Source of the DNA: Candidatus Gottesmanbacteria bacterium
Lineage (GTDB): Bacteria > Patescibacteriota > Microgenomatia > UBA10105 > UBA927
Assembly (NCBI GenBank): GCA_023245355.1
Contig: JAHFKN010000003.1
Span: forward strand, 121,368 to 185,367
Length of the DNA: 64,000 nt
Direction: 5' to 3'
In this document: in pieces, positions 36,812 through 48,323 of the stretch
Layout: every line of letters starts with the position of its first letter
How positions within the stretch are numbered: position 1 is the stretch's first letter
Made by a program: the position numbers and the translations under genes
The notes under the pieces: model-generated
Database searches by the model: none
Told to the model about the DNA's origin: nothing
What the model saw: only the letters and a program-made list of their open reading frames with translations

Positions 36812-37078
36812 ATGTTTAATCCATTCAAAGCATTAGGTGACGTGAACGCGATGCGCAAACAGGCACTGCAGATCCAGCAGGCGCTGGAGCAGGAGGAATT
36901 CGAAGTGACACACGGCAATGTCCGTATTCTTATATCCGGCAACCAGAATGTCAAAGTTGTCGAGATTGACGGCGTGGCAAACCAGGATGTACAGAGCGCA
37001 TTAAATGAGGCTATCAAAAAAAGCCAGCAGGCAGCAGCGATGAAGCTTGCCGAAATCTCCAAAAATTTCCAACAATAA
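36812..37078 (+). CDS. YbaB/EbfC nucleoid-associated protein
   Basis: Position after dnaX; helical N-terminus, V.I.G motif; GGAGG SD. Confidence 0.85.
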   Translation: MFNPFKALGDVNAMRKQALQIQQALEQEEFEVTHGNVRILISGNQNVKVVEIDGVANQDVQSALNEAIKKSQQAAAMKLAEISKNFQQ

Positions 37079-38019
37079 TGAAGGAAATAGTCACGGGCTC
37101 GTTAGGGTACGACTATATTATGAATTTTTCCGGCCGGTTTGCCGACCGGATCATGCCGGATAAACTTCATCAGATCTCCTTAAGTTTCTTGGCAGATAAG
37201 CTTTCCAAAAACCTGGGAGGCACCGCGGGCAATCTTGCTTATACCTTAAAGCTTCTGGGGGAGGACCCCTATATCGTATCGACGGCAGGCAATGACTTTT
37301 CAGACTACCGTAAATTTCTCGAACAACACGGTATAGAGAGCGGAGGGATTAACGTGGTAACAAATGAACCCTGCGGAAGCTATCATGTCATCACCGACTC
37401 CAGCGATAACCAGATCGGTGCGTTTTATACGGGCGCTACGAAATACAACAAAGACCTTTCAGTGGTGACACCCGACAAACAGAGTTTTGTCGTGATCGGT
37501 CCTAATGATCCTGATGCGATGAAAAAGTTTGTTGCCGAGTGCCGCACGCAGGGATTGCGGTACCTCTATGATCCTGCGTTTCAGATAGGCAATTTTTCCG
37601 CAGATGATCTGAAGACCGCCATAGAGGGTGCGGAGCTTCTTATCGGTAACGACTATGAAATTGCCCTCATGGAACAAAAATTGGCGATTACCCACGAGGA
37701 ACTTATCCTGATGGGACCCAAAGCAGTTATCACCACATTAGGGGCGAAAGGGGCCGTCATTGAGACGAGGCATGAAGCAGTGCACATCAAGCCTGCCAAA
37801 CCCAAAAACGTCTCTGATCCTACCGGGGCGGGCGACGCGTTCAGAGGGGGATTTCTGGCCGGTTATCTCAAAGGATTTGATCTTGCGGTAGCAGGACAGA
37901 TGGGAGCAGTAGCCGCGGTGTACACTGTCGAAAAATACGGAACCATCACGCATCATTATACGAAAGACGAATTCGTCAGGCGGTATAAAGAAAACTATAA
38001 CCAACCGCTTCCGCTCTGA
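37078..38019 (+). CDS. PfkB-family kinase, mycobacterial-type adenosine kinase-like
   Basis: VTGSLGYDYIMNF.GRF...LHQISLSFL, GGTAGN, NDYE, DPTGAGDAFRGG. Confidence 0.85.
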   Translation: MKEIVTGSLGYDYIMNFSGRFADRIMPDKLHQISLSFLADKLSKNLGGTAGNLAYTLKLLGEDPYIVSTAGNDFSDYRKFLEQHGIESGGINVVTNEPCGSYHVITDSSDNQIGAFYTGATKYNKDLSVVTPDKQSFVVIGPNDPDAMKKFVAECRTQGLRYLYDPAFQIGNFSADDLKTAIEGAELLIGNDYEIALMEQKLAITHEELILMGPKAVITTLGAKGAVIETRHEAVHIKPAKPKNVSDPTGAGDAFRGGFLAGYLKGFDLAVAGQMGAVAAVYTVEKYGTITHHYTKDEFVRRYKENYNQPLPL

Positions 38020-38027
38020 TTGTTTCC

Positions 38028-38576
38028 ATGAACAAGCAGCTTACATCGTTCCGCAGTAAAAAAGGCAATGACGTCGTGTTCCGGTATCCCCAAAAAACCG
38101 ATTTTGCAGACATGTATTCATTCGCGTGTGATATCGGTTCTGAGGATACATTTGTAGCTCTTGATGCGCCGCCGACGGAAAGCGAAGAGCGCGATTTTTT
38201 CGGCCGTATGATGCAGGATGTGGAACAGAAAGAATCCGTATATATCATGGCATATGTCGGGGGCACCTTTGCCGGTAACGGCCGGGTGAACCGCGGCAAA
38301 GGAAGGCACCGCCATATGGGAAGTATGGGGATATCGCTCCGGGTTGCTTTCCGGAATGAGGGAATCGGAACGGAGCTGATGAAATCCCTTATTGACGAGG
38401 CAAAAGCGCTTGGATTACGATTGCTCACGTTATCCTGCTTCGAGAATAACGTGCCCGCACTGCGGGTATACGAAAAACTTGGGTTTCAGAAAGCAGGAAC
38501 GATACCGGGAGCGATTGCATATAAAGGGAGTTATATAAACGAAGTGCATCTGTTTCTGCCCCTCGTAACCGAATAG
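38028..38576 (+). CDS. GNAT acetyltransferase
   Basis: FRNEGIGTELM, N..ALRVYEKLGF. Confidence 0.92.
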   Translation: MNKQLTSFRSKKGNDVVFRYPQKTDFADMYSFACDIGSEDTFVALDAPPTESEERDFFGRMMQDVEQKESVYIMAYVGGTFAGNGRVNRGKGRHRHMGSMGISLRVAFRNEGIGTELMKSLIDEAKALGLRLLTLSCFENNVPALRVYEKLGFQKAGTIPGAIAYKGSYINEVHLFLPLVTE

Positions 38577-38588
38577 TTTACCTTTTGA

Positions 38589-39899
<1,311 letters not shown>

Positions 39900-39912
39900 T
39901 CCCGGATTACTG

Positions 39913-40452
39913 TTATGTAGGGGTTCCGCGGACATACAGGTGTCCCGTGTGAGTCCGCCGGCCTTTCATCTGGCTGAACGTCCATTGATGCCCGTCATGG
40001 TATCGCTGGCCGTCACCTAACCGCGTGGATATGCCGCTTGTGATATCTGCAATCAATATGTTCCGGTTGCGCCTGCCCCAGGGAAATACAATGGGGTAAA
40101 CGGTCGTCCGGAATCCGAACATTTCCCTCGAGACGTCAAACGCTTTCATTTGCGTATGCAGATTATCACAGAGCGCATCGAATGCTTCCATTGTCGTTCT
40201 GGCGTCCGATGGTTCCCATTGCCGGCGGTACGGAAAATACAGCTCATGCGGTATTCTGATGTCGACGTGGTCGAGCATGTCCTCAAAAATTCCCTCTGCG
40301 GCGTCGCGCACATCCCGGCGCGGGGAGTCTCTGGTAATAAGGGGGATATCAAACGATGCGCGGGGAATTGGCACCGCCCCGTTTCTAAGAAGAAACCTCA
40401 CGTCGCGTGTCAGCTTCTCTTTCTGCATGACAATACGCTCTCCGTCAAACAT
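39913..40452 (-). CDS. Hypothetical protein
   Basis: Fills gap; TATAAT upstream on the minus strand. Confidence 0.55.
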   Translation of the reverse strand: MFDGERIVMQKEKLTRDVRFLLRNGAVPIPRASFDIPLITRDSPRRDVRDAAEGIFEDMLDHVDIRIPHELYFPYRRQWEPSDARTTMEAFDALCDNLHTQMKAFDVSREMFGFRTTVYPIVFPWGRRNRNILIADITSGISTRLGDGQRYHDGHQWTFSQMKGRRTHTGHLYVRGTPT

Positions 40453-40542
40453 AGTGTGCGGTATTATACCCGTAAGGGTTGCGGTCGTCTATCAGAAATT
40501 GATATTGCGCTCATTATTACCATGCAGTTACAATAATTACAG

Positions 40543-40962
40543 ATGGGCGTATTAGAGGCAGCAGCGGGTAAAGTGCGTCGCGCACTGAAAGAGATAACTA
40601 TCAGAACCCGATATGATCGGCAGGCTGTCCGATTGCTTCAGCCGTTTGTTGATGGTCGTTCTGTCGACTCCTCATGGTCTACCACATTCGATATGTATTT
40701 ATTAAACGGCGGCAGGGCCGATTTTGTTTCTGCCGCATCCGGACTGCTGCCGCCGGACAAAAGAGCCAGGTTGCTCGTTATCCTCGCCACTGAGATGAAA
40801 CAACAGACATTTCATCCGCGGTCCGACGCAAGCGACGGCGACATTATTCACGAGATATGGGCACGAAGCGGAGACAAAGATAAGCTCCGGGATGCTGTCC
40901 GATCGATGAAAATTCCCCGCGAGAAACGAGTAAGGGTGAGCGAAGCATTCGGTAATTGGTGA
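40543..40962 (+). CDS. Hypothetical protein
   Basis: Fills gap; TACAAT 8 nt upstream. Confidence 0.55.
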   Translation: MGVLEAAAGKVRRALKEITIRTRYDRQAVRLLQPFVDGRSVDSSWSTTFDMYLLNGGRADFVSAASGLLPPDKRARLLVILATEMKQQTFHPRSDASDGDIIHEIWARSGDKDKLRDAVRSMKIPREKRVRVSEAFGNW

Positions 40963-41012
40963 GTACTGCTTCTTCTCTGGATTTTTGCATGTTTCCCGAC
41001 TACAATAACCAC

Positions 41013-42227
41013 ATGAGTTCATCTGCTAGGATATCACGCCGTCTTACTCAGGTTCCCGCAAGTCCCATCCGTAAACTCGTGCCATTTGCCGTTGCCGCCA
41101 AAAAAGAAGGCGTGCATGTGTATCACCTTAACATCGGTGACCCGGATATTAAAACCCCCGACGTCATGCTGAATGTGCTCAGGGATTGGGATAAAAATCC
41201 GATAGGCTACGACCAGTCACAGGGAAATCCTGAATTCCTGGAAGCGATGAGGACGTATTACCACGGGTTGGGATTCACGTTTATCGGTACAAAAAACATT
41301 CAGGTGACAAACGGAGGATCGGAAGCTATTTCTATGGCGTTGTTTGCCGTATGTAATCCCGGTGATGAGGTACTTACTTTTGAGCCTTTATATACCAATT
41401 ACAATTCATATGCCGTAGTAAACGGGGTGACGTTAAAAGGCATACTTACGTCGTCGGATACCGGATTTCATCTGCCAACGCGCGATGTGATAGAGAAAGC
41501 TGTAACAGACAAAACCCGGGCAATTCTCATATGTAATCCCAATAACCCGACGGGTACCGTGTATACCGCCGAAGAGATACGGATGCTTGTGGATATTGCA
41601 AAAGAGAAAGGATTATTCCTTCTGTCCGATGAGGTCTATCGTGAATACACCTACGACGGCAGAACGCATGTATCGCTTTTCACATTCATGCAGGAAATAC
41701 CGGACAAAGCGATCGTGCTTGACAGTATGTCCAAACGCTATAGTCTTTGCGGGGTGCGTTTGGGGACGCTGGTAACGTTAAATGAAGAGGTACTCTCCGG
41801 CATTCTTGCTATCGCGCAGGGACGGCTTTCATCCGGATTGGTCGACCAGGCAATCGCAGCAAAACTTACGGATGTTCCGGATTCGTATATGAGGGAAGTC
41901 CATGAGGAATATACCCGCCGCCGTGACGTGTTATACGATGGCCTGAGATCAATTCCCGGCGTCGTGATCCCCAAACCCGAAGGCGCATTCTATACCATTG
42001 TCGGTCTTCCGGTTGCCGATGCGGATGATTTCTGTAAATGGCTGCTTACGGATTTTCGGGATAACAATGAAACGGTGATGATAGCTCCCGCCGCGGGATT
42101 TTACGCGACCGCCGGGCGCGGGAAGAATGAAGTGCGGATTGCATATGTCCTCAACACGGCCGCGATTACGCGGTGTGTCGCACTTCTTAAGACCGCTCTG
42201 ACCGAATACGGAAAACGGAAGGCCTGA
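41013..42227 (+). CDS. PLP-dependent aminotransferase class I/II
   Basis: LNIGDPD, NPNNPTG, SDEVY, SMSKRYSLCGVRLG; start ATG 41013. Confidence 0.95.
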   Translation: MSSSARISRRLTQVPASPIRKLVPFAVAAKKEGVHVYHLNIGDPDIKTPDVMLNVLRDWDKNPIGYDQSQGNPEFLEAMRTYYHGLGFTFIGTKNIQVTNGGSEAISMALFAVCNPGDEVLTFEPLYTNYNSYAVVNGVTLKGILTSSDTGFHLPTRDVIEKAVTDKTRAILICNPNNPTGTVYTAEEIRMLVDIAKEKGLFLLSDEVYREYTYDGRTHVSLFTFMQEIPDKAIVLDSMSKRYSLCGVRLGTLVTLNEEVLSGILAIAQGRLSSGLVDQAIAAKLTDVPDSYMREVHEEYTRRRDVLYDGLRSIPGVVIPKPEGAFYTIVGLPVADADDFCKWLLTDFRDNNETVMIAPAAGFYATAGRGKNEVRIAYVLNTAAITRCVALLKTALTEYGKRKA

Positions 42228-42236
42228 TTTTATCCC

Positions 42237-43004
42237 ATGAAAACAATCGGCAAAAAACCAAACGGCAAAAAACTCGTTCTTTTCGATATTGACGGCACAC
42301 TGGTTCAGACGGACCGGCAAAGTATCGATCAGTGGCGTATCCGTGTAGTGGAGGTATTTAAGGAAGTGTATTGCAAAGACTTGCCGGTGGATTTTGATCT
42401 TGCCCGTGTAAACGGGAAAGTGGAGCGGAGGTATTTTCGGGAAATTGCTGAAATGCTGGGCGTGACCAAAGATGAATTTGAAAAAAAGTTTCCGGCCGCC
42501 GCGGAAGCGTTCCACGTATTGCTTAAGCATCATATAGCGGAAAAAAATATAAACTTCACGAAGATTCCTGAAGCTGCCGATTTAGTAGGTATACTGGAGA
42601 AATCAGAATATATCCATATCGGTTTGGTGACGGGAAATATAGAAAAAAACGCCTGGCTTAAGCTGCAAAGCGCGGATTTTGCTGCCCCGTTTTCAGTGGG
42701 AGGATTCGGGGATACCGTTGAAGACCGCGGAGATCTGGTGTTGGAAGCTATCAGCAAGTCGGAGCGTCATTTTGGTGTTCGTTTCCGGAAGTCTGATATC
42801 ATCGTTGTCGGCGACACCATTCACGATATTGCATCGGCAAAGAAAGCCGGCGTCGTGTCGGTCGGTGTCGCTACGGGAATGACGGAGAGTTATGAGCAGT
42901 TGGCAGCCGCAGGGGGAGACCTTGTAGTGAATACCCTGATCGACGAGCCGATGTTTGCGCTTCTTGATATACCGAAATGGCCGCATGGGGAAAGCAGAAA
43001 GTGA
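42237..43004 (+). CDS. HAD hydrolase
   Basis: LFDIDGTL, VTGN, VGDTIHD. Confidence 0.9.
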   Translation: MKTIGKKPNGKKLVLFDIDGTLVQTDRQSIDQWRIRVVEVFKEVYCKDLPVDFDLARVNGKVERRYFREIAEMLGVTKDEFEKKFPAAAEAFHVLLKHHIAEKNINFTKIPEAADLVGILEKSEYIHIGLVTGNIEKNAWLKLQSADFAAPFSVGGFGDTVEDRGDLVLEAISKSERHFGVRFRKSDIIVVGDTIHDIASAKKAGVVSVGVATGMTESYEQLAAAGGDLVVNTLIDEPMFALLDIPKWPHGESRK

Positions 43005-43009
43005 CAGCT

Positions 43010-43732
43010 ATGAATCAGGGAAAAAAGCTGGTGTTGTTTGATATAGACGGCACGCTTATCCGTGCACAAAGAATGGAAGACAATCTCCAGCGGTTTCCGT
43101 ATGCCATAAAAAAAGTGTTCGGTGTGGATATCGGCGTTTTTACGATGGCACGGTGGAAGTCAAAAAATTTTAACGGTATGGGCGACCGGTACATTCTCCG
43201 GGAGTTTACAAAAGAGTATGGCATCACAACGGATGCGCTCCTGGACAGGATTGGTGATATCGGTGATGCGTTTGCCGAGTATCTGGATAGCATAAAAAAC
43301 GGCGGGCCTTCATATGCAGTAATTCCCGACGCGAAAACGCTGGTTAATAAAGTCATCGCAGCAGAACACCTGTCTGAGGGCGTGCTTACCGGGAATCTGG
43401 GACCCGCAGCAAGCTGGAAGCTCCGGTCTGCGGGACTACCGGATATCGCATTCGGCGTCTATGGTCACGAAGCGGATGAACGGAATGACTTGGCCAGGCT
43501 TATTCCGCCGAAAGCAAAGGCGTATTTCGGACGGGAGTTTGCGCCCCGTGACATAATTATCATCGGTGATACGGTGCGTGATGCGGAATGTGCGCGTGTT
43601 ATCGGAGCGACGGTGATTATCGTGTCGACGGGGTGGGAGGTTACGAAAGAAGATTTTGCAGAGTTTCCTCCTGATCTTCACGTCGACTCACTCATGGACG
43701 AAAAGGTGCTTACCTTGTTAGGATTACAGTAA
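43010..43732 (+). CDS. HAD hydrolase, tandem paralog
   Basis: GKKLVLFDIDGTL, LTGN, IGDTVRD. Confidence 0.9.
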   Translation: MNQGKKLVLFDIDGTLIRAQRMEDNLQRFPYAIKKVFGVDIGVFTMARWKSKNFNGMGDRYILREFTKEYGITTDALLDRIGDIGDAFAEYLDSIKNGGPSYAVIPDAKTLVNKVIAAEHLSEGVLTGNLGPAASWKLRSAGLPDIAFGVYGHEADERNDLARLIPPKAKAYFGREFAPRDIIIIGDTVRDAECARVIGATVIIVSTGWEVTKEDFAEFPPDLHVDSLMDEKVLTLLGLQ

Positions 43733-44646
43733 TGAAACTATTTTCGGGAACATCAAATCAGCCCCTTGCAGCTGCAGTCGCAGATGCGCTTCATATTCCG
43801 CTGGGGGACGCGGAAATTACCCGTTTTATAGATAACGAATGCCGCGTTTTTGTGCGCGAGAGCGTTTCCGGTCACGAAGTGTTCGTTCTGCAGTCGCTGT
43901 CGGAAGTGGCAGATCAGAATCTTGTGGAGGTATGTCTTTTGGGTTCCGCCCTCAAAGATCTCGGAGCTAAAAAAGTGACTGCCGTCATCCCATGGATGGG
44001 CTACAGCAAGCAGGACAAGGCGTTCCGCAAAGGGGAAGCCATATCAGCCCAGTTAGTAGCCAAATTTATAGAGGCTGCCGGCTTTGATGCGGTGATTACG
44101 GCAGAGCTGCATTCGGAAAACGTCGTACCGTATTTCCGTATTCCGGTAACTGAGCTGTCGACACATACCATATTGGGTGCCGGGTTATTTTCTGCCCACC
44201 CGGATATGTCCAAGTCCGATGTTATCGTTGTTTCCCCGGACAAAGGCGGAAAATCCCGCTCGGAACGGTTTGCAGAGGAAATAGGCGTATCGGTCGTGTA
44301 CCTTGCCAAAACCCGCGATTTGGCAACCGGTACGGTGCAGGTGAGGGGAACGGACGGTGATGTGTCAGGGAAAACAGTTATCATGTTTGACGATATCATC
44401 AACACCGGTTCAACTGCTCTTAAAACAAGTGAGTTTGTAAAACAAAACGGAGCTACGTCCGTATATTTTCTGGCGACGCACGCGGTGCTGGCCGGTTCGG
44501 CACCGCAGGATTTAGAGCGGAGCGTGATAGATCAGGTCGTTGTGACGGACACAATCGCAATCCCCAAACATAAGCGGTTTCCCAAGCTTATTGTGGCATC
44601 GGTTTCCTCGCTTCTTGCTGATGCAATCAAAGGGCAAACCAAGTAA
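43732..44646 (+). CDS. prs: Ribose-phosphate pyrophosphokinase
   Basis: LFSGTSN, YSKQDK, VSPDKGG, DDIINTGST, THAVL, VVTDTI. Confidence 0.95.
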   Translation: MKLFSGTSNQPLAAAVADALHIPLGDAEITRFIDNECRVFVRESVSGHEVFVLQSLSEVADQNLVEVCLLGSALKDLGAKKVTAVIPWMGYSKQDKAFRKGEAISAQLVAKFIEAAGFDAVITAELHSENVVPYFRIPVTELSTHTILGAGLFSAHPDMSKSDVIVVSPDKGGKSRSERFAEEIGVSVVYLAKTRDLATGTVQVRGTDGDVSGKTVIMFDDIINTGSTALKTSEFVKQNGATSVYFLATHAVLAGSAPQDLERSVIDQVVVTDTIAIPKHKRFPKLIVASVSSLLADAIKGQTK

Positions 44647-44661
44647 AATGATCGGTACAAT

Positions 44662-45285
44662 ATGGCATTGCTTCCTAAATCCTTATCGCGGGTTATAGAA
44701 TCGTTCGAGCGGCTTCCCGGCGTAGGCCCCAAGAGCGCGCAGCGTCTGGCGTTTTATCTTTTGCATGTGCCGCAGGAAGACCTCGATCAGTTTGCTAGTA
44801 GTTTGGAAAACCTCAAGCGCAATACCGTACTGTGCTCTATATGTAAAAATGTGACGGAACGTGACCCTTGTGTCGTCTGCGGCAATCCTAACCGGGACAC
44901 GCGTACCGTGTGTGTCGTGGAACAGCCTACGGATGTACTGTCGATTGAAAAAACCGGGAAATTCCACGGGGTATATCATGTGCTGCACGGCAGCATTGAT
45001 CCCCTGAATAATATCGGTCCGGACGAAATCTATATCGCGGATTTGCTCAAACGCATAAAAGATGCGCACTATCCGGTAGAAGAAGTTATCGTCGCAACCA
45101 ATCCGAATATGGAAGGGGAAGCGACGGCCATGTATATACAGAAACAAATCGACCGTTTAGCAGAGCAAAACGGCAGTGTTATAAAAGTAACCCGTTTAGC
45201 GCACGGTCTTCCGGTCGGAGCCGACATAGAATATGCTGATGAAGTGACATTGTCTCGCGCTCTGGAAGGCAGGACAGCATACTGA
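44662..45285 (+). CDS. recR: Recombination mediator RecR
   Basis: LPGVGPKSAQR, C4 zinc finger, EGEATA, IEYADEVTL. Confidence 0.98.
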   Translation: MALLPKSLSRVIESFERLPGVGPKSAQRLAFYLLHVPQEDLDQFASSLENLKRNTVLCSICKNVTERDPCVVCGNPNRDTRTVCVVEQPTDVLSIEKTGKFHGVYHVLHGSIDPLNNIGPDEIYIADLLKRIKDAHYPVEEVIVATNPNMEGEATAMYIQKQIDRLAEQNGSVIKVTRLAHGLPVGADIEYADEVTLSRALEGRTAY

Positions 45286-45286
45286 T

Positions 45287-45592
45287 ATGGTGACCAAAAA
45301 ACAGGTTGAAGACGTGTTGAAATCCATTCCCGATCCCGAAATCGGCGTCTCACTGTGGGATCTCGGTTTGATTTACGGCGTTTCCATAGACAAAAAAACA
45401 GGAAACGTATGCGTTCAGATGACATTAACGACTATCGGGTGCCCGCTGTTTTCCCTTATTTCAGAACCGATCAAAAGCGAAGTGGGGAAGCTTTCCGGGG
45501 TCAAAGGGGTAGATGTCGATCTTACGTTTGATCCGCCGTGGAGTCCTGAACGGATGAGTAAATCAGCCAAACAGCAGCTGGGCTTTGTGTAA
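45287..45592 (+). CDS. DUF59 (SufT/MIP18-like) Fe-S assembly factor
   Basis: DPEIG..DLGLIY, TLTTIGCP, FDPPW. Confidence 0.92.
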   Translation: MVTKKQVEDVLKSIPDPEIGVSLWDLGLIYGVSIDKKTGNVCVQMTLTTIGCPLFSLISEPIKSEVGKLSGVKGVDVDLTFDPPWSPERMSKSAKQQLGFV

Positions 45593-45593
45593 T

Positions 45594-46070
45594 ATGGCAA
45601 ATACAGGAAGTATCTTACAGCAGATCGGTGAGTCGTTTGAAACGATAGCAAAAGATGTGGCCCGCGAAACAGTGCAGGCTCCGAAAGATATCGTCGGTAC
45701 GGCGCTGGAGAGTTTGGGGGCTTCCTCCGGGCAAAAAAAGCCGAAACAGCAGTCTGCTGCTTCCGCAGGATCCCCGTCTCAGGAAAGTACAGGGGGAGAA
45801 GTGCAGACCGGTCCGAGTGATGAGGTGAAACGGGCAATTGCCCGGGCAGCGCTGGAAGAGTTGTCGGGTAAATCCCGTCAGAAAGAAATGAGTGTATGGG
45901 AAAAGCTTCAGAAAGAAGAAGAGCAAAAGAAAGAAATGGAGAAGAAGCAGCAAGCTGAAGCAGCCAAAAAATCGCTGCCGCAGTCTTCCAGCAAACGCCC
46001 GCGCGGCGACTTGTACGGCAAAAAAGCCAAACAAACAAATATAGAAAACAAAGGAAAACGACAGGACTGA
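45594..46070 (+). CDS. Hydrophilic hypothetical protein
   Basis: K/E/Q-rich ORF in operon-like spacing. Confidence 0.65.
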   Translation: MANTGSILQQIGESFETIAKDVARETVQAPKDIVGTALESLGASSGQKKPKQQSAASAGSPSQESTGGEVQTGPSDEVKRAIARAALEELSGKSRQKEMSVWEKLQKEEEQKKEMEKKQQAEAAKKSLPQSSSKRPRGDLYGKKAKQTNIENKGKRQD

Positions 46071-46083
46071 TATACTATAGTAC

Positions 46084-47508
46084 ATGAAACTATTTAATTC
46101 TCTGACCCGTAAGACGGAAGAATTCGTACCTCTGGCACCTCCGCACGTCGGCATGTATACCTGCGGCATGACGGTGTATGATTTTGCCCATATCGGTCAT
46201 GGCAGGAAATATGTGGGTGATGACATCTTACGGCGCGTGCTGACCCGGTTCGGATATGAGGTGATGCACGTGCAGAATGTGACGGACGTCGGTCATTTGT
46301 CTTCCGATGCGGATGAGGGCGAAGACAAAATGGAGAAAGGCGCGAAAAAATACGGCAAAACAGTATGGGAAGTGGCTCAGTTTTACACGGATCATTTTTA
46401 TTCCTCGATGGATGCCCTCAATGTTCTGCGGCCGCATGTCATCTGCAAAGCCACCGCGCATATTCCTGAGCAGATTTCTCTTATCGAAACATTATTCTCG
46501 AAAGGTTTTGCCTATGATACACCGGAAGCCGTGTATTTTGACGTAACAAAATTTGAAGGATATGCGACATTGTTCGGCCGGCAGAAACTGGAGGAAAAAA
46601 AGGCAGCAGCACGCCAGTCCGTGCAGGAGGGGGAGTACAAGAAGCATCCTGCCGATTTCGCGCTTTGGTTTAAGCGTACCGGCCGGTTTGCGGACCACGC
46701 CATGCATTGGCTCAGCCCCTGGGGAGACGGATTCCCGGGATGGCATATAGAATGTTCTGCTATGAGCATGAAGTATCTCGGTTCCTCATTCGACATTCAT
46801 ACGGGAGGGATTGATCATATTCCGGTTCATCATCCGAATGAAATCGCCCAAAGCGAGGGTGCTACCGGCAAACCGTTTGTCCGGTATTGGGTTCATTATA
46901 ATTTTTTGCGGGTCGACGGCAAAAAAATGAGCAAAAGCCTCGGCAATTTTTTCACCATAGAAGACGTTATAAAAAAAGGTGTTGATCCGTTAGCGCTCCG
47001 GTATTTTTACCTCACGAGCCAGTACCGGAATGAACTGAACTTTACGTGGGAAGCGCTTTCGGCAGCCGCCGCAGCGCTTGCGGAGCTCCGGAAATACGTC
47101 ATCAATCTGAAAAGTCAGGCTTCTGCCCGGCAGACTTTAAGCGATGAGAAACTAAAGAAAGTGGATGAATTCCGCGCGAAGTTTGATGATGCGCTTTCCA
47201 ATGATCTGAATACTCCTCAGGCACTGGCCGTAGTATGGGAAGTGATTAAATCCAATATACCCAGCCAGGATAAATACGAACTTGTCATGGAGTTTGATGA
47301 CGTGATGGGACTCGGGCTTTCGGAAACGGAATCTCTGCCGGTAGAAAAGCCGGTGCCGGATGCTGTGCGCGTGTTAGCGGACAAACGCGAAGCCCTGCGT
47401 AAAGCAAAAAAATTCGCCGAGTCCGACGCAGTGCGTGATGAGATACTTAGCTTAGGGTACGAAATAGAAGATACCCCGGAAGGCTCCGTGATACGTCCCC
47501 GCTCATAA
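46084..47508 (+). CDS. cysS: Cysteine-tRNA ligase
   Basis: YTCG.TVY, HIGH, PGWHIECSAM, HHPNE-like, KMSKS. Confidence 0.98.
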   Translation: MKLFNSLTRKTEEFVPLAPPHVGMYTCGMTVYDFAHIGHGRKYVGDDILRRVLTRFGYEVMHVQNVTDVGHLSSDADEGEDKMEKGAKKYGKTVWEVAQFYTDHFYSSMDALNVLRPHVICKATAHIPEQISLIETLFSKGFAYDTPEAVYFDVTKFEGYATLFGRQKLEEKKAAARQSVQEGEYKKHPADFALWFKRTGRFADHAMHWLSPWGDGFPGWHIECSAMSMKYLGSSFDIHTGGIDHIPVHHPNEIAQSEGATGKPFVRYWVHYNFLRVDGKKMSKSLGNFFTIEDVIKKGVDPLALRYFYLTSQYRNELNFTWEALSAAAAALAELRKYVINLKSQASARQTLSDEKLKKVDEFRAKFDDALSNDLNTPQALAVVWEVIKSNIPSQDKYELVMEFDDVMGLGLSETESLPVEKPVPDAVRVLADKREALRKAKKFAESDAVRDEILSLGYEIEDTPEGSVIRPRS

Positions 47509-47518
47509 CTTGCGGAAT

Positions 47519-47932
47519 TTATTTCTGGAGGATGGTAACGTTTGCCGCAATCACCTGTTTGGACACAACGTCGAAAGAATCGGAATTTACGGTGAATGAA
47601 ATTTTTGCTCCCGGCACGGCGGTCATAAGACTGAATGTTCTCGGTGGAGTTACGGTCCATGTTCCGTAATTTACCGGCTTACCGCTTCTGCTTTCTGAAG
47701 AAAACTGTACGTCCAAAACGGAAATGGTACCGGCTGTTTCATCCACGCTGTCAACGGTGCCGGTAAGCTTGAGGGTGTTTACGACTCCTGCTTTCGCGCG
47801 GATGTCCGTAGGTGCGCTCTGATTGTTTTTTACGACGTTAATAATCGCAGTCGTCACAACGCCGATTATGATAAGCCCTCCCAGGGCTACGGCATATACC
47901 ATTGCGTCCGGTCTTTTCGTCATTAACATCAT
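47519..47932 (-). CDS. Single-TM exported hypothetical protein
   Basis: N-terminal TM, DIRAKA linker, beta-rich domain. Confidence 0.7.
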   Translation of the reverse strand: MMLMTKRPDAMVYAVALGGLIIIGVVTTAIINVVKNNQSAPTDIRAKAGVVNTLKLTGTVDSVDETAGTISVLDVQFSSESRSGKPVNYGTWTVTPPRTFSLMTAVPGAKISFTVNSDSFDVVSKQVIAANVTILQK

Positions 47933-47956
47933 TTTCCTATGTTCGTTCGTCCGGTG

Positions 47957-48322
47957 TCAAGTAATTTTGAGCATTTCCTTGATTTTCTGGACGACCGCTT
48001 CCAGTGGAGTATTGGTTTTGACCAGATACTCTGCTTTCACTGCGAGAGCGGATTCCCGTTCCGAATCCAGGTTTGTGAGGATAAGAATCGGGATTCCTGC
48101 AGTCTTAGGATGCAGTCTGATTTCCCGTGCCACGTCGAATCCGTTGATTCCTCCCGGAAGCATAATGTCTAAAATGGCCATGTCAGGCGGATTCGTTATG
48201 GCAAGCGAGACACCTTCCTTCCCTGTGGTCACCGCAGTAAGTTCAATACCGTGAGGCGAAAGCGCTTCTTTATACAGATCGTGAAGTGTCACGTCGTCCT
48301 CGACAAGCAGTATTTTTTTCAT
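47957..48322 (-). CDS. Stand-alone response regulator (receiver domain)
   Basis: LLVEDD, LDIMLP, ILTN, LVK. Confidence 0.95.
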   Translation of the reverse strand: MKKILLVEDDVTLHDLYKEALSPHGIELTAVTTGKEGVSLAITNPPDMAILDIMLPGGINGFDVAREIRLHPKTAGIPILILTNLDSERESALAVKAEYLVKTNTPLEAVVQKIKEMLKIT

Positions 48323-48323
48323 A

